Notes: generated by a model not told the origin, from the sequence alone. A DNA stretch of 64,000 nucleotides from Candidatus Poribacteria bacterium (GCA_022394755.1 JAGFCA010000028.1:3237-67236), one strand, 5' to 3'. Positions 9,943-20,369 are shown, numbered from the stretch's first letter. Made by a program: numbers and translations.

Positions 9943-11247
9943 TTAGTTATCAGATATCCATTTTATACGAGCACCGTCACCCGCATTGCATATATAAATC
10001 TGTGGTTCAATGCCAGTGTGTTTAGGATACTCATTATTAACCTTGTTTTGAAATTCATCTACTCTGTCTTGATAGACCAAATTAACAGTGCATCCGCCGA
10101 ATCCTGCTCCTGTCATACGCGCTCCAAAAACACCTTCAGTATTTTTTGCAATCTCAGTCAACAGATCTAACTCATCACAACTTACTTCGTAATCATCCCG
10201 TAACCCTTCGTGAGAAGCATTCATCAAAGTTCCGAAAGTTTCAACATCATTAGTTTTAAGCGCTGAAACGGCTTTCAGAACACGAGTGTTTTCCTCAACA
10301 ACATAACTACACCTCTTTTGTGTAATTTCAGGTAGTTTGTCTTCATATTTTTTAAAATCTTCTACGGAAATATCTCGAAGTGATGTAATAGAAGGCAGCC
10401 ATTGTTGTATTATCTTTACCCCATTTTCACATTCGGACCGTCGTTTATTGTATTCAGATGCAGCAAGTTCCCGTTTGACGTTTGTGTTGCAAATTACAAT
10501 CAGAATATCTGTTAAATTAAGTGGAATGTGTTCGTAATCCAGTGACCGGCAATCTAAAAACAGGGCATGATCCGCTTTACCTAATAATGATATAGTTGGA
10601 TCCATAATACCGCAGTTAACACCCGCGAATTCGTTTTCTGCACGTTGACATATTGAGGCTACTTCAAGCGGAGAACATTCAAGCACTTGAATACCGTTAT
10701 TTGTATTAACACTTGAATGTGGGATTTCTAAACCACACCCCCCTAAAAATGCTAACGTACTTGCCACCTCAAGTGCAGCGGAGGAACTCAATCCTGCACC
10801 AATTGGTACATTCCCTGTAATGACAGCCGTAATTCCATTCAGTGTGTGTTCACTTCCCTGGAGCACCTGTTCTTGTAAGAAATGGGCGACCCCCTTCAGA
10901 TAATTGCTCCAAGGTGGTGTATTTGACTCACGAATAGAGTCCAAATTAAAAACACATTCTTCTTCTACGTCTAATGCGTAAAGATGCACTTCCCTATCAG
11001 ATCTTTGGGAGGCTGCAATATGAAGGTATTTATCAATTGCAACAGGAAATACAAACCCATCATTATAATCGGTATGTTCACCAATTAGGTTTACTCTTCC
11101 TGGTGCAGAAACCATGAATTCTGGTGTATGTCCAAAACATTGATTAAAATCTTGTATCAATCTATTGGTAAAAATAGATTCATCCTGTATCATTCGATTC
11201 CTCGTTGTATGCCTTTGTGTGTATGATGAGACAATAGACTTAGTCAA
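9943..11247 (-). CDS. galK: Galactokinase (GHMP kinase)
   Basis: Galactokinase signature PGRVNLIGEHTDYNDGFVFP. GHMP ATP-binding motif PIGAGLSSSAA. The ATGA overlap with the upstream gene suggests translational coupling. Confidence 0.85.
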   Translation of the reverse strand: MTKSIVSSYTQRHTTRNRMIQDESIFTNRLIQDFNQCFGHTPEFMVSAPGRVNLIGEHTDYNDGFVFPVAIDKYLHIAASQRSDREVHLYALDVEEECVFNLDSIRESNTPPWSNYLKGVAHFLQEQVLQGSEHTLNGITAVITGNVPIGAGLSSSAALEVASTLAFLGGCGLEIPHSSVNTNNGIQVLECSPLEVASICQRAENEFAGVNCGIMDPTISLLGKADHALFLDCRSLDYEHIPLNLTDILIVICNTNVKRELAASEYNKRRSECENGVKIIQQWLPSITSLRDISVEDFKKYEDKLPEITQKRCSYVVEENTRVLKAVSALKTNDVETFGTLMNASHEGLRDDYEVSCDELDLLTEIAKNTEGVFGARMTGAGFGGCTVNLVYQDRVDEFQNKVNNEYPKHTGIEPQIYICNAGDGARIKWISDN

Positions 11248-12008
11248 TTAGATGCGGAAGATGAAAAAAACTTCAAAAAACGTGCTATCACCATGTGCAA
11301 GTCTGACCGAGGAACATAGGTATCCACAGAAATATCTGGCATATTTTGGTTGATATCACGATTTTTTTCAGGTAGGAGTTGTTCTTCAGGCGCATGTAAA
11401 GCAGGCTGGGGATGAGTCCGCGCTGTATTATCTAATTCAGAGGTGCATTCTGCGATGACAATTTCACCGACTGGGAGATGTGACCTCAACTGTCCATTTC
11501 CTGTTTCGGTCAAAACTGTTATATATGGGAGCGATTTATCTGATAATTTCTCTAATTGTAGGAGTAATGGAACAATATCAGGAAAAGAGAGTTTTGATTC
11601 AACAGGATTAGCAGTAAAAACAGAGAGTAATGGAATAGATTTATCTAATGCGGTTAAAATTGCTTCAGAAAACGATTTAATATGGCGTTTTTCCAAAATT
11701 GATTCGTGTTGAAGAATAAATAGACTAACGGAATGTCCACCAATATTCTCCTCAATAGCAAGTACATCGTTGGTGAAATCTTCTGGTGTGTTATCCTCGT
11801 TAATAAACTCTTCTTCATCAGTAGGTTGTATATCTAATAGGAGATTGTGTCTATTTTCAAGCGACAATGGAAACAATTCCTTACACTTTGGACAGATAAA
11901 ACCGTTACGTTTTAATTCTCCTCTGAAAGAAACTTCACTACATTGTGTACATTTATGCCATAAACTGATGTTTTCCTCGGTAATATCGTTATTTCTTATG
12001 TGTTCCAT
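11244..12008 (-). CDS. AccD-like protein: acetyl-CoA carboxylase carboxyltransferase-beta N-terminal zinc ribbon plus degenerate carboxyltransferase domain
   Basis: WHKCTQCSEVSFRGELKRNGFICPKCKELF...RHNLLLD aligns with the AccD C4 zinc ribbon ([38 protein letters not shown]). LPYITVLTETGNGQL corresponds to AccD LPYISVLTDPTMGGV. The glycine-rich catalytic motifs (FMGGSMG, SGGARMQE) are replaced. Confidence 0.6.
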   Translation of the reverse strand: MEHIRNNDITEENISLWHKCTQCSEVSFRGELKRNGFICPKCKELFPLSLENRHNLLLDIQPTDEEEFINEDNTPEDFTNDVLAIEENIGGHSVSLFILQHESILEKRHIKSFSEAILTALDKSIPLLSVFTANPVESKLSFPDIVPLLLQLEKLSDKSLPYITVLTETGNGQLRSHLPVGEIVIAECTSELDNTARTHPQPALHAPEEQLLPEKNRDINQNMPDISVDTYVPRSDLHMVIARFLKFFSSSASN

Positions 12009-12063
12009 AGTGGATCCAATCTATCGGTAAAGCAACAATTATCTACATATTCATATATAGGTG

Positions 12064-12408
12064 TTATTGAAAACTTGCTATTGCTTCAGCCTCTGTATCA
12101 TATCTATCAAAAATTGTTACAAGTTTAGCCATTATAATGAGACTTCTGATGTTGCCACCGATATTAAGTAGCACAACTCTTCCATCATTACGTCGTATAG
12201 AGGCGTATGCGGCTACAATGACACCTAATCCTGAACTATCCATCATCTGTACACGTTCCATATTTAAAATCATGGACACAGGTTCACCTTCAGCAACACG
12301 TATTTGATCATCTATTATGTTTTTTAGTTCTACAGTATTGGGACCTACAAGATTCCCTTCAATATCCAATATAATAACATTACCCTTAATTCTTTGATTA
12401 ATCTTCAT
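12064..12408 (-). CDS. STAS-domain anti-sigma-factor antagonist (SpoIIAA/RsbV-like)
   Basis: Size of 114 aa. DSSGLGVIV phosphorylatable-serine region typical of the STAS domain. Confidence 0.8.
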   Translation of the reverse strand: MKINQRIKGNVIILDIEGNLVGPNTVELKNIIDDQIRVAEGEPVSMILNMERVQMMDSSGLGVIVAAYASIRRNDGRVVLLNIGGNIRSLIIMAKLVTIFDRYDTEAEAIASFQ

Positions 12409-12542
12409 AAAACTTCCTTTCTCTTACATATTTCTTGGCAGGGGCAATCGTACCGACAGATGGATGAATGTAGTTGTCAAGCAAAATACATGCTATAAAG
12501 ATAGGTCCATAGACGTAAAGCAAACCGTGTATGAGTAAAACT

Positions 12543-12968
12543 TTAATTGTCGGTTTGTCTATATTTCACCATCTTGACAACGGTACCGTCTGCCTCGTAA
12601 CCTACCTCATCCATGTAGGCTTCCATAAGAAAAAGGCCTCTCCCACTGCTTTTGAGTAGGTTTTCTGGTTCAAGTGGATTTGCGACATCTTCGCGTTGAA
12701 ACCCTGAGCCTTCATCTGTTATGATAATCGTAAGTTGGCTATCGTCAATAAGGAATTCAAATGTTGCTGTCTTATCCACATCTTCCTTATTACCGTGCTT
12801 GATTGCATTTGTCCCTGCTTCAATAACAGCTAAATTTACATGCTCTTGCGTTTCCTCATCAAACTTCATCTCTCTAAGTAAGTCGGTGATGACAGTGTCG
12901 AGTAAATAAATTAGATGCATTGTGCTTGGGAGAGAAAGTAATATTCTCCATTGAGTTTTCTCGCCCAC
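12543..12968 (-). CDS. Anti-sigma regulatory factor, Ser/Thr protein kinase (RsbW/SpoIIAB-like, HATPase_c)
   Basis: LAVIEAGTNAIKHG N-box. IIITDEGSGF G1 box. Size of about 140 aa. Confidence 0.75.
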   Translation of the reverse strand: MGEKTQWRILLSLPSTMHLIYLLDTVITDLLREMKFDEETQEHVNLAVIEAGTNAIKHGNKEDVDKTATFEFLIDDSQLTIIITDEGSGFQREDVANPLEPENLLKSSGRGLFLMEAYMDEVGYEADGTVVKMVKYRQTDN

Positions 12969-13065
12969 GTGTTAGGCTCCTTCCAGATGTTAATAATTCA
13001 ATTTAGATTATACCATAGTAAATACGTCTTACTGTATACTAATATGCTATTTGTAACAATTCTAC

Positions 13066-14307
13066 CTATTCTTCAATTCGCTTAATTACAACTACAGCGC
13101 GATCATCCTTGAGTTGTGTGGTACCGCTATATTCCATTAAATCGGTTTGGAGAGCATCACATAGCCCTTCAGCAGAGCAATTAAGTTTTTCTGACATACG
13201 CTCAATCAGCCGTTCTTCACCATAAAATTCATTTGGGGTTTTCCCTTCTGTTTCAGTCACACCATCTGTATAAAGCATCAAGACATCGCCATGGGATAAT
13301 TGACAAGTTGCCGACGAAAATGTGGCAATATCAAACGCACCTATCAACATCCCACCGGTATTGAGTAAATCTACTTGATACCTATCTTTTGAAGATTCAT
13401 CATTATTGTTTGTACCGTTGATAAAATGAATCGGTGGACAATGTCCTCCATTTGAATATGTAAAAGCACCTGTTCGTATATCTAATATACCGTATACCAT
13501 TGTTGCAAATTGTTCAAGATCGGTATTATGAAAAAGTAATGTGTTAATCCGTTTCAAAATTGTCGCTGGACTATCTGCCTCATTACTAAGTAAACGTGAT
13601 GCCGTCTGAATCATAACCATGAGCAGTGCAGCAGGAATTCCATGCCCTTTCACGTCCCCCAATACCACACCAAGGCGAGACTCTCCAAGCGGAATAAAAT
13701 CATAAAAGTCACCGGAAACAGAGGTAGAACTTCGAAACATTGTAGCAAAGTCATATCCTGGAATCGTTGGTGGTTTTTCCGGTAGCAGTCTCTCTTGTAT
13801 TTCTGCAGCTGCTTGCAGATGAGATCCGAGTTCAGCGACCCCTGCTTCTGTAAATCCTTCCCCCATAGCATTAATCAAAGGGTTAATATACTTTACAGGA
13901 CGGGTTCGACCTAAAACAGTGTTAATTCTTGCGGTCACCTCACGTAAATCAAACGGTTTTGTAATATAATCATCGCCACCAAGTTCTAATCCAACCAATT
14001 TGTCTTCGGTCTGTGTACGGGCAGTTATCCATAAAACGGGAATTGAATTTGTCTCATTATCTTCTTTTAACTTCCCGATAACCTCTAAACCGTCCATTTG
14101 TGGCATCATGACATCAAGCAATATCAGATCTGGTTGGTCATCTTTTGCAAGTTGGAGACCGGTTAGCCCATTATTAGCAGTAATGACTTGGAATCCATCT
14201 GATGTTAAACTTATTTTCAGGAGTTCAAGTATATCAGTATCATCATCAATTACTAAGATGGTTTCATTTGTTGATGCTTCTTCAGATTGGAAAATAGTTT
14301 CTGCCAT
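13066..14307 (-). CDS. Response-regulator receiver domain fused to PP2C/SpoIIE-type phosphatase (RsbU-like)
   Basis: REC motifs ILVIDDD...DLILLDVMMPQMDG...YITKPF. The C-terminal PP2C region is SGDFYDF...GDVKGHGIPAALLM. Confidence 0.8.
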   Translation of the reverse strand: MAETIFQSEEASTNETILVIDDDTDILELLKISLTSDGFQVITANNGLTGLQLAKDDQPDLILLDVMMPQMDGLEVIGKLKEDNETNSIPVLWITARTQTEDKLVGLELGGDDYITKPFDLREVTARINTVLGRTRPVKYINPLINAMGEGFTEAGVAELGSHLQAAAEIQERLLPEKPPTIPGYDFATMFRSSTSVSGDFYDFIPLGESRLGVVLGDVKGHGIPAALLMVMIQTASRLLSNEADSPATILKRINTLLFHNTDLEQFATMVYGILDIRTGAFTYSNGGHCPPIHFINGTNNNDESSKDRYQVDLLNTGGMLIGAFDIATFSSATCQLSHGDVLMLYTDGVTETEGKTPNEFYGEERLIERMSEKLNCSAEGLCDALQTDLMEYSGTTQLKDDRAVVVIKRIEE

Positions 14308-14637
14308 ATTTCTTCTTATTATTTATAAATTTATTGTTATTAATTCATACCTATAGTTGGACAGTTTTTAGCAATACACATTTCTGTTGTCAAAATATAT
14401 TATTTTCGGAGTTGGATTAGAGTGAAAAATCTGTCAAAAACCAGAAACACTTTGATAATTGGTATGTACCATCAGAAAACTACCCGGTTATACTAACTCA
14501 TTGAACAGCAACATAAGTGTCAATTTTAGCATTAGGACAACCTTGTGGAACCACATCCAATTCGGTTAGAAACCGAATCCTACCATTTGGAAATTTCGAT
14601 TTAATGTTTCGTAAGACATAGAAGCATTTGAATTCAT

Positions 14638-17112
14638 CTAAGATAAAAACGGAATCCAGAATTGAAAGTTGCATCCCATATTATTTTTTCCAGTATCAAC
14701 CCAAATTTTCCCTTTATGCGCCTCAACAAATCCTTGTGCGATGGAAAGCCCTAAACCACTCCCTCCTTGTTCCCGAGTCTGTATATTACTCAGTTGTCGA
14801 AATTTATCAAAAACGGATTCTCTCTCTTGTTCTGGTATACCTGGTCCGGTATCTATTACTTCAACATGGATACCATCCTGATCATCAATATTTTCTGATA
14901 TTACTTCATCATGGGGGTATCCTTTACGAGAAATTTTTACATCTACTTCACCGTTTTCAGGTGTGAATTTAATTGCGTTTCCAACCAGATTTGTGAGAAT
15001 TTGTCCAATATATTCTGCATCGCCGCTGGGTTGAGGTAATTCGGATTCAATATTTAGATCTAACTTGACAGTTTTTTCATCTGCTTGTGGTTTTAGTTCT
15101 TCAACCCGTTGCTCAGCTATCTCACCGATGTTTACAGGTTCAAGTTTCATAACAATTCGTCCCGCTTCAATGCGAGAAATATCAAGAAGATCATTAATCA
15201 TTGTAGCAAGTCTTTTAGATTGTCGATGCGCGCGGGTTAAGCTCTGTTGTTGCACATCGTTTAAAGGTCCGGCTTTACCATCAAGTATAAGTGAAATAAA
15301 TCCTATTATTGATGTTAAGGGGGTACGTAATTCATGAGAAACAAGAGCGACAAAATCAGATTTCATTTTATCAATCTCATGTTCACGTGTTATGTCGTCA
15401 AACACATAAATCATTCCCGCCATATTTGGGTTTTCAGTAGATGTATCTTCTGTATTGGTAGCAACACTGGTAGAAGCGTATTGACTGGATACAACCCTAA
15501 GTATCCGATTTTCCCCCTCTTTATCTAAATTTATCTCTACAGTAGCGCGTGTATCCTGAGCTTGAGCATTCTCCAATACAGTTAGATTAGTTGCTCGTAG
15601 CAATTCTGTAAACCGATTTGGAAATTGTGATGTCTCGTCAAAGTTTAACAGGTATTTTGCTGCTGGATTGAAGTATAGTATTTGATCAGATGTATTTACG
15701 ACAATCAGACCTTCCCCGAGACAATCGACAATGGTAGTCATCTGTTCTTCAGCATTAATAAGTTTGTCGACAGCGATTTTCAGACTATGATGCATGTCGT
15801 TGAATTCTTGTGCGAGCATGCCGACTTCGTTTCGACTATCCACAGAGATCACATCCTGATCTTCATCTTGGTACCATTGCATCTTTGCTATCTGTTGACG
15901 AATTTGATTTGATTCCTGTTGAATCACATCTTTAGCTTCTTGTCCAATTCGTTTTGCAGTTTGTGTAAGTTGCATAACAGGTTGTGTGATGCGTTGTGCC
16001 ACCATATAAGCAATTGGAATAACAATCACACAGGAAGCAAGTGTAACCCATAAGACATACTGATTAAGTTTAACAACTCCAGCAAAGGCTTGTGATGTAG
16101 GGTATGAAACAAAGACAATCCAGTTTGCGAAATTTTGATCATTTTTCCAAGGTTGTCGTCTTGAGGGTCGTGTTCTTGCCCATCCATATACGCGTGATTC
16201 AAAGTTCCGATCTTCTTCACCTTCTGCTTCATATCCATAAAAATCGCCATTTCTCCCTTTTTTTGCCTCAATAATTGCTCTTGCCGTAGCATTTTCTATT
16301 TGCATCTGATCATTAGCTTTATAATTACTCTCTGCTGAAGCGGCAATGATTCTTCCAGATTGACTTGTGAGGATAGTGTATGTCTTTTCCATTTGTGGTC
16401 GTAATTCAACTATATTTGCAAGTTCTCTTAAGTTTAGAACGACCCTAAGTACACCGACAGTTTTTCTTTCTTCTATAGGTGTTCTTATATTTCCTGTACG
16501 TATTGGTAATGCAGCTGAAATGAAATGCACATTCTGGGTCTCATCATATTCCACATCCTCAATATACTGATAACCTCTATTATTGCTAAATGCTCTATTC
16601 CACCAATTTTGATCCGCAACATTAGAGAGTATATTATTTTTGTGATTATCTTCAAACGTTCTATTATTAGAACATAGAACATCACCTTTGGAATTTGTGA
16701 TAGTCACTTCGCTTCTATTAGCGCGTCTAAATCCGCGTCTTCTATATCCACTCCCGGCATAAGATTCAAACAACCGTACACTATCTTCTAAACGCTGCCA
16801 CGCATCTGCAAAAACCTGTATATCCCCTTTTGCATTATTAGATTCTGTTACCACGGATCTAATATTCGGTAATTCTGTATATATTTTTCCTATTTTATCG
16901 GATATTGCGCGGTCAATACGGAACAGTTTTTCTTGTGCTAACTGAACTAAACCTTCTCCAACGCTACTTTTCAAGGTACTTGTACCAAGATATTTAATTG
17001 TTAATGATACCACTAACAGTGGTGTAAGTGATACGAGTAGAAACAAAACAACCTGTTGTCCGCGCAGCCCTATCTTAAACCGTGCAAGCTTCCCAGGTTT
17101 TTCGTTTTTCAT
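14638..17112 (-). CDS. Membrane sensor histidine kinase (2 TM, large periplasmic domain, HAMP, PAS, HisKA, HATPase)
   Basis: HisKA H-box VSHELRTPLTSIIGF. HATPase N/G boxes LVGNAIKFT, DTGPGIP, GGSGLGLSI. Two hydrophobic segments flank a periplasmic domain of about 300 aa. GGAGAG ribosome-binding site before MKNEK. Confidence 0.85.
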   Translation of the reverse strand: MKNEKPGKLARFKIGLRGQQVVLFLLVSLTPLLVVSLTIKYLGTSTLKSSVGEGLVQLAQEKLFRIDRAISDKIGKIYTELPNIRSVVTESNNAKGDIQVFADAWQRLEDSVRLFESYAGSGYRRRGFRRANRSEVTITNSKGDVLCSNNRTFEDNHKNNILSNVADQNWWNRAFSNNRGYQYIEDVEYDETQNVHFISAALPIRTGNIRTPIEERKTVGVLRVVLNLRELANIVELRPQMEKTYTILTSQSGRIIAASAESNYKANDQMQIENATARAIIEAKKGRNGDFYGYEAEGEEDRNFESRVYGWARTRPSRRQPWKNDQNFANWIVFVSYPTSQAFAGVVKLNQYVLWVTLASCVIVIPIAYMVAQRITQPVMQLTQTAKRIGQEAKDVIQQESNQIRQQIAKMQWYQDEDQDVISVDSRNEVGMLAQEFNDMHHSLKIAVDKLINAEEQMTTIVDCLGEGLIVVNTSDQILYFNPAAKYLLNFDETSQFPNRFTELLRATNLTVLENAQAQDTRATVEINLDKEGENRILRVVSSQYASTSVATNTEDTSTENPNMAGMIYVFDDITREHEIDKMKSDFVALVSHELRTPLTSIIGFISLILDGKAGPLNDVQQQSLTRAHRQSKRLATMINDLLDISRIEAGRIVMKLEPVNIGEIAEQRVEELKPQADEKTVKLDLNIESELPQPSGDAEYIGQILTNLVGNAIKFTPENGEVDVKISRKGYPHDEVISENIDDQDGIHVEVIDTGPGIPEQERESVFDKFRQLSNIQTREQGGSGLGLSIAQGFVEAHKGKIWVDTGKNNMGCNFQFWIPFLS

Positions 17113-17189
17113 TGATACTCTCCTATAATCTATACCATACACATCCTGGCAGAACTCAGATTACAATCTTAAATATTTGCAATCCTATC

Positions 17190-17549
17190 CTATGTAAATG
17201 CGTTGAGAGCAGCTTCTTTTGTATCGTATACCTCTAAAATCGACGTAAGACGCGTAATTTCAAGTATACTGCTAACAGCTTGCTGCGGACTCAGCAGTAC
17301 CAATTTTCCTTCCGATCTTTGTAAGATTTGCCATGTAATAATTATAACACCAAGTGCAGTACTGTCAAGCAATGGAACATTCGTTAGATCAATGATCAGG
17401 TTTACATTCCCAATTTCCATTTGTTGGTGAAGTGCCTGACGAAATTCTACAACAGTGTTTCCAATTATTTTTCCATTTACTTGGACAATGGCAGTATTTT
17501 GAGCATCAGTCGTGATATCAATCATTCCATAAAACTCCTTCAGTAGCAA
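17190..17549 (-). CDS. Second STAS-domain anti-sigma-factor antagonist
   Basis: Size of about 115 aa. LLDSTALGVII STAS motif. Alternative start MIDIT at 17525. Confidence 0.75.
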   Translation of the reverse strand: MLLKEFYGMIDITTDAQNTAIVQVNGKIIGNTVVEFRQALHQQMEIGNVNLIIDLTNVPLLDSTALGVIIITWQILQRSEGKLVLLSPQQAVSSILEITRLTSILEVYDTKEAALNAFT

Positions 17550-17604
17550 ACTGCTTTGGTACTTAATACATAACTATAAAGTGGAACTACGATATATACA
17601 AAGT

Positions 17605-18273
17605 TTATATCCTATTATCAAGCCTTCGAATAATAATGTATGAACGATTTAATAGTGCAATACGGCTATCATGGATACTTTCAATTTTTCCGAAATGTTC
17701 CTTCAGTGCAGATTCGCTTTCCTGAATCTCGACATCTTTTTCCTTAGATTTATACGCAACCCATCTACCAGTTTCATTAAGTAGAGGCAAACAGTATCTT
17801 ACTGACTTCGCTAAAGAAGCAACGTATCGTGTCATAACCCAGTCATATGCGTTTTTATATGTATCAGTTTCAGCACAGATTTCCGCTCTTTCTGCCACAA
17901 CCTGTATCGATGAATCAATCCCCAATTGAGATGTCAGATATTTAAGGAATGCCACCTTCTTATATGAAGCTTCAACAAGCGTCAATTGGATATTGGGAAT
18001 ATATATTTTAAGTACAATCCCTGGAAATCCAGCACCAGTCCCTATATCTACAAGCTTATGTCCTTCCTTAACTGAGCAATGTTCAAGAACACTAACAGAA
18101 TCGAGGAAATGCTTATAAATCACATCTGTGTCTTCATTAATTGCGGTGAGATTTATATGGTGATTCCATTGTCTTAATTCGACACTATACAAAACCAATT
18201 GTTCGATCTGTTTTGATGTCAATGGAAACCCATGATTATCAAACACCTGTTCTAATTTTTGATGGATTTGCAC
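17605..18273 (-). CDS. rsmG: 16S rRNA (guanine527-N7)-methyltransferase RsmG (GidB)
   Basis: SAM-binding motif LVDIGTGAGFPGIVL. Conserved position downstream of mnmG. Confidence 0.9.
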   Translation of the reverse strand: MQIHQKLEQVFDNHGFPLTSKQIEQLVLYSVELRQWNHHINLTAINEDTDVIYKHFLDSVSVLEHCSVKEGHKLVDIGTGAGFPGIVLKIYIPNIQLTLVEASYKKVAFLKYLTSQLGIDSSIQVVAERAEICAETDTYKNAYDWVMTRYVASLAKSVRYCLPLLNETGRWVAYKSKEKDVEIQESESALKEHFGKIESIHDSRIALLNRSYIIIRRLDNRI

Positions 18274-18343
18274 TCCTCTGTTCCTGTTATGAATAATCTT
18301 TAAATCTGTACCGTAAATACCTCAGGTAGACATGTTTTGATAT

Positions 18344-20209
18344 TTACTGATGTAACATAACCATTAATATTGATATATCCGCAGGTGACACTCCGGGCAG
18401 ACGCGAGGCTTGACCAATTGAAGCTGGACGTATTTTTTCGAGTTTTTCCCGTGCTTCTGTCTTGAGTCCTCGTACATCAGAATAACTGAAGGTATCTGGT
18501 ATTCTAAGATTCTCTAATCTCTTGAACTGATGAATTTGACGTTGTTGCCGTTGGATATACCCATCGTATTTAATCTGAATTTCTACCTGTTCTTTAACCG
18601 CGTGGGGTAATTCTTCTGGTGGTGGCACGAGTCCAATTATGTGCTCATAACGGAGTTCAGGACGTTTGAGCAAATCTGCTAATAACGTAGGTTGTTTTAA
18701 CTCACCTGTCTCAACGATAGTTGCTAATCTATCAACAGTAGATGCATTCGGGACTAATCGTGTTTCGTCCAAACGTTTTAGTTCTGATTCTATAGATGAT
18801 GCTTTCTTCTTGAATTTATCATATACCTCATCTTTAACAAGTCCAATTTTCCTACCTATTTCGGTCAGACGTAGATCAGCATTATCTTCTCGTAATGCTA
18901 ATCGGTATTCCGCGCGTGATGTGAACATTCGGTATGGTTCTCGTATATCTAAACTGACAAGATCATCAATAAGTACAGCAATATAGGCTTGAGATCTATC
19001 AAGGATAAGTGGATTCTCCCCTTGTACCTTTAATGCAGCATTAATGCCTGCCATGAGCCCTTGTGCAGCAGCTTCTTCATATCCCGTTGTTCCGTTGAGT
19101 TGACCTGCGAAATAGAGACCTGGTACAGACTTGGTTTCGAGAGTTGGTTGAAGTTGTGTTGCAGGGGCAAAGTCATACTCAACGGCATAGCCGAAGCGCA
19201 TAATTTCAGCATCCTCTAATCCCTTGATACTGTGTACCATATCTACTTGAACATCTTCAGGTAAACTGGCAGAAATCCCATTTAAATAAATCTCATCTGT
19301 ATCCAATCCTTCTGGCTCAACAAATACCTGATGTTCCGTTTTTTCAGCAAAACGTACAACTTTATCTTCAATTGACGGGCAGTAACGGGGTCCAATTCCA
19401 ACAATACGACCGCTATACATTGCGGAACGATGTAGGTTTTCTTTGATTACTTCATGAGTTTTTTCATTTGTGTAGGTAAGATAACATGGTAGTTGTGGTT
19501 GCGTGATCTCTTCAGTAGAAAATGAGAAGGGTAATGGATCCTCGTCTCCAGGTTGGATTTCCATTTGATCTGTGTCAATAGTATGTGCGTTGACACGTGG
19601 AGGTGTACCTGTTTTTAGCCTTCCAATTTCAAAACCGAGGTTCAGGAAACTTTCCGAGAGTTTTTCTGCGGAAGATTCTCCAGCCCTACCGGCACTATAG
19701 GAGACATCCCCTATATGTATAAGCCCTCTGAGGAAAGTGCCTGTTGTGAGAATAACGGTTTCAGCCAGATATGCTGTTTGTGTTTGGCTCTTAATACCAA
19801 TACACTTCTCACCTTCGGTTAGCAGTTCTTCTACTAATACCTGTTTGATGTCGAGTTTATCTTGTTGTTCCAAAACACGTTTCATTTCATCTTGATACGC
19901 TTTTTTGTCTGCTTGTGCCCGACTTGAGCGAACAGCGGGACCTTTTTTTGTGTTTAAACGACGGAATTGTATACCGGTCTTGTCAATATTTTTTGCCATC
20001 TCACCACCGAGTGCATCAATCTCTTTGACAAGGTGTCCCTTCGCCAACCCACCTATAGCAGGATTGCAAGACATTTTAGCAATAGTATCCAAATTTATTG
20101 TAACTATGAGTGTATCACACCCCATACGTGCCGCAGCGAGTGCAGCTTCACAGCCTGCATGACCTGCTCCAACAACAATGACATCGTATTTTTTGTGATA
20201 TGTGTTCAT
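18344..20209 (-). CDS. mnmG: tRNA uridine-5-carboxymethylaminomethyl modification enzyme MnmG (GidA)
   Basis: FAD-binding N-terminus YDVIVVGAGHAGCEAALAAARMG. Length of 621 aa. Confidence 0.95.
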   Translation of the reverse strand: MNTYHKKYDVIVVGAGHAGCEAALAAARMGCDTLIVTINLDTIAKMSCNPAIGGLAKGHLVKEIDALGGEMAKNIDKTGIQFRRLNTKKGPAVRSSRAQADKKAYQDEMKRVLEQQDKLDIKQVLVEELLTEGEKCIGIKSQTQTAYLAETVILTTGTFLRGLIHIGDVSYSAGRAGESSAEKLSESFLNLGFEIGRLKTGTPPRVNAHTIDTDQMEIQPGDEDPLPFSFSTEEITQPQLPCYLTYTNEKTHEVIKENLHRSAMYSGRIVGIGPRYCPSIEDKVVRFAEKTEHQVFVEPEGLDTDEIYLNGISASLPEDVQVDMVHSIKGLEDAEIMRFGYAVEYDFAPATQLQPTLETKSVPGLYFAGQLNGTTGYEEAAAQGLMAGINAALKVQGENPLILDRSQAYIAVLIDDLVSLDIREPYRMFTSRAEYRLALREDNADLRLTEIGRKIGLVKDEVYDKFKKKASSIESELKRLDETRLVPNASTVDRLATIVETGELKQPTLLADLLKRPELRYEHIIGLVPPPEELPHAVKEQVEIQIKYDGYIQRQQRQIHQFKRLENLRIPDTFSYSDVRGLKTEAREKLEKIRPASIGQASRLPGVSPADISILMVMLHQ

Positions 20210-20369
20210 CTGTTCCTTCTATCTGTTTTAATTAATGCTTATACTGTAACATTTTCAATGATAATTTTCAGCATAGTTGCCAGAACCTACTATCTGTTTA
20301 TCAAAAGGACTTAAGAGGAAGTGTATCCGTCCTGATTTAATTAGCTTGTAAAGCAGTGCGTTGATGTCG

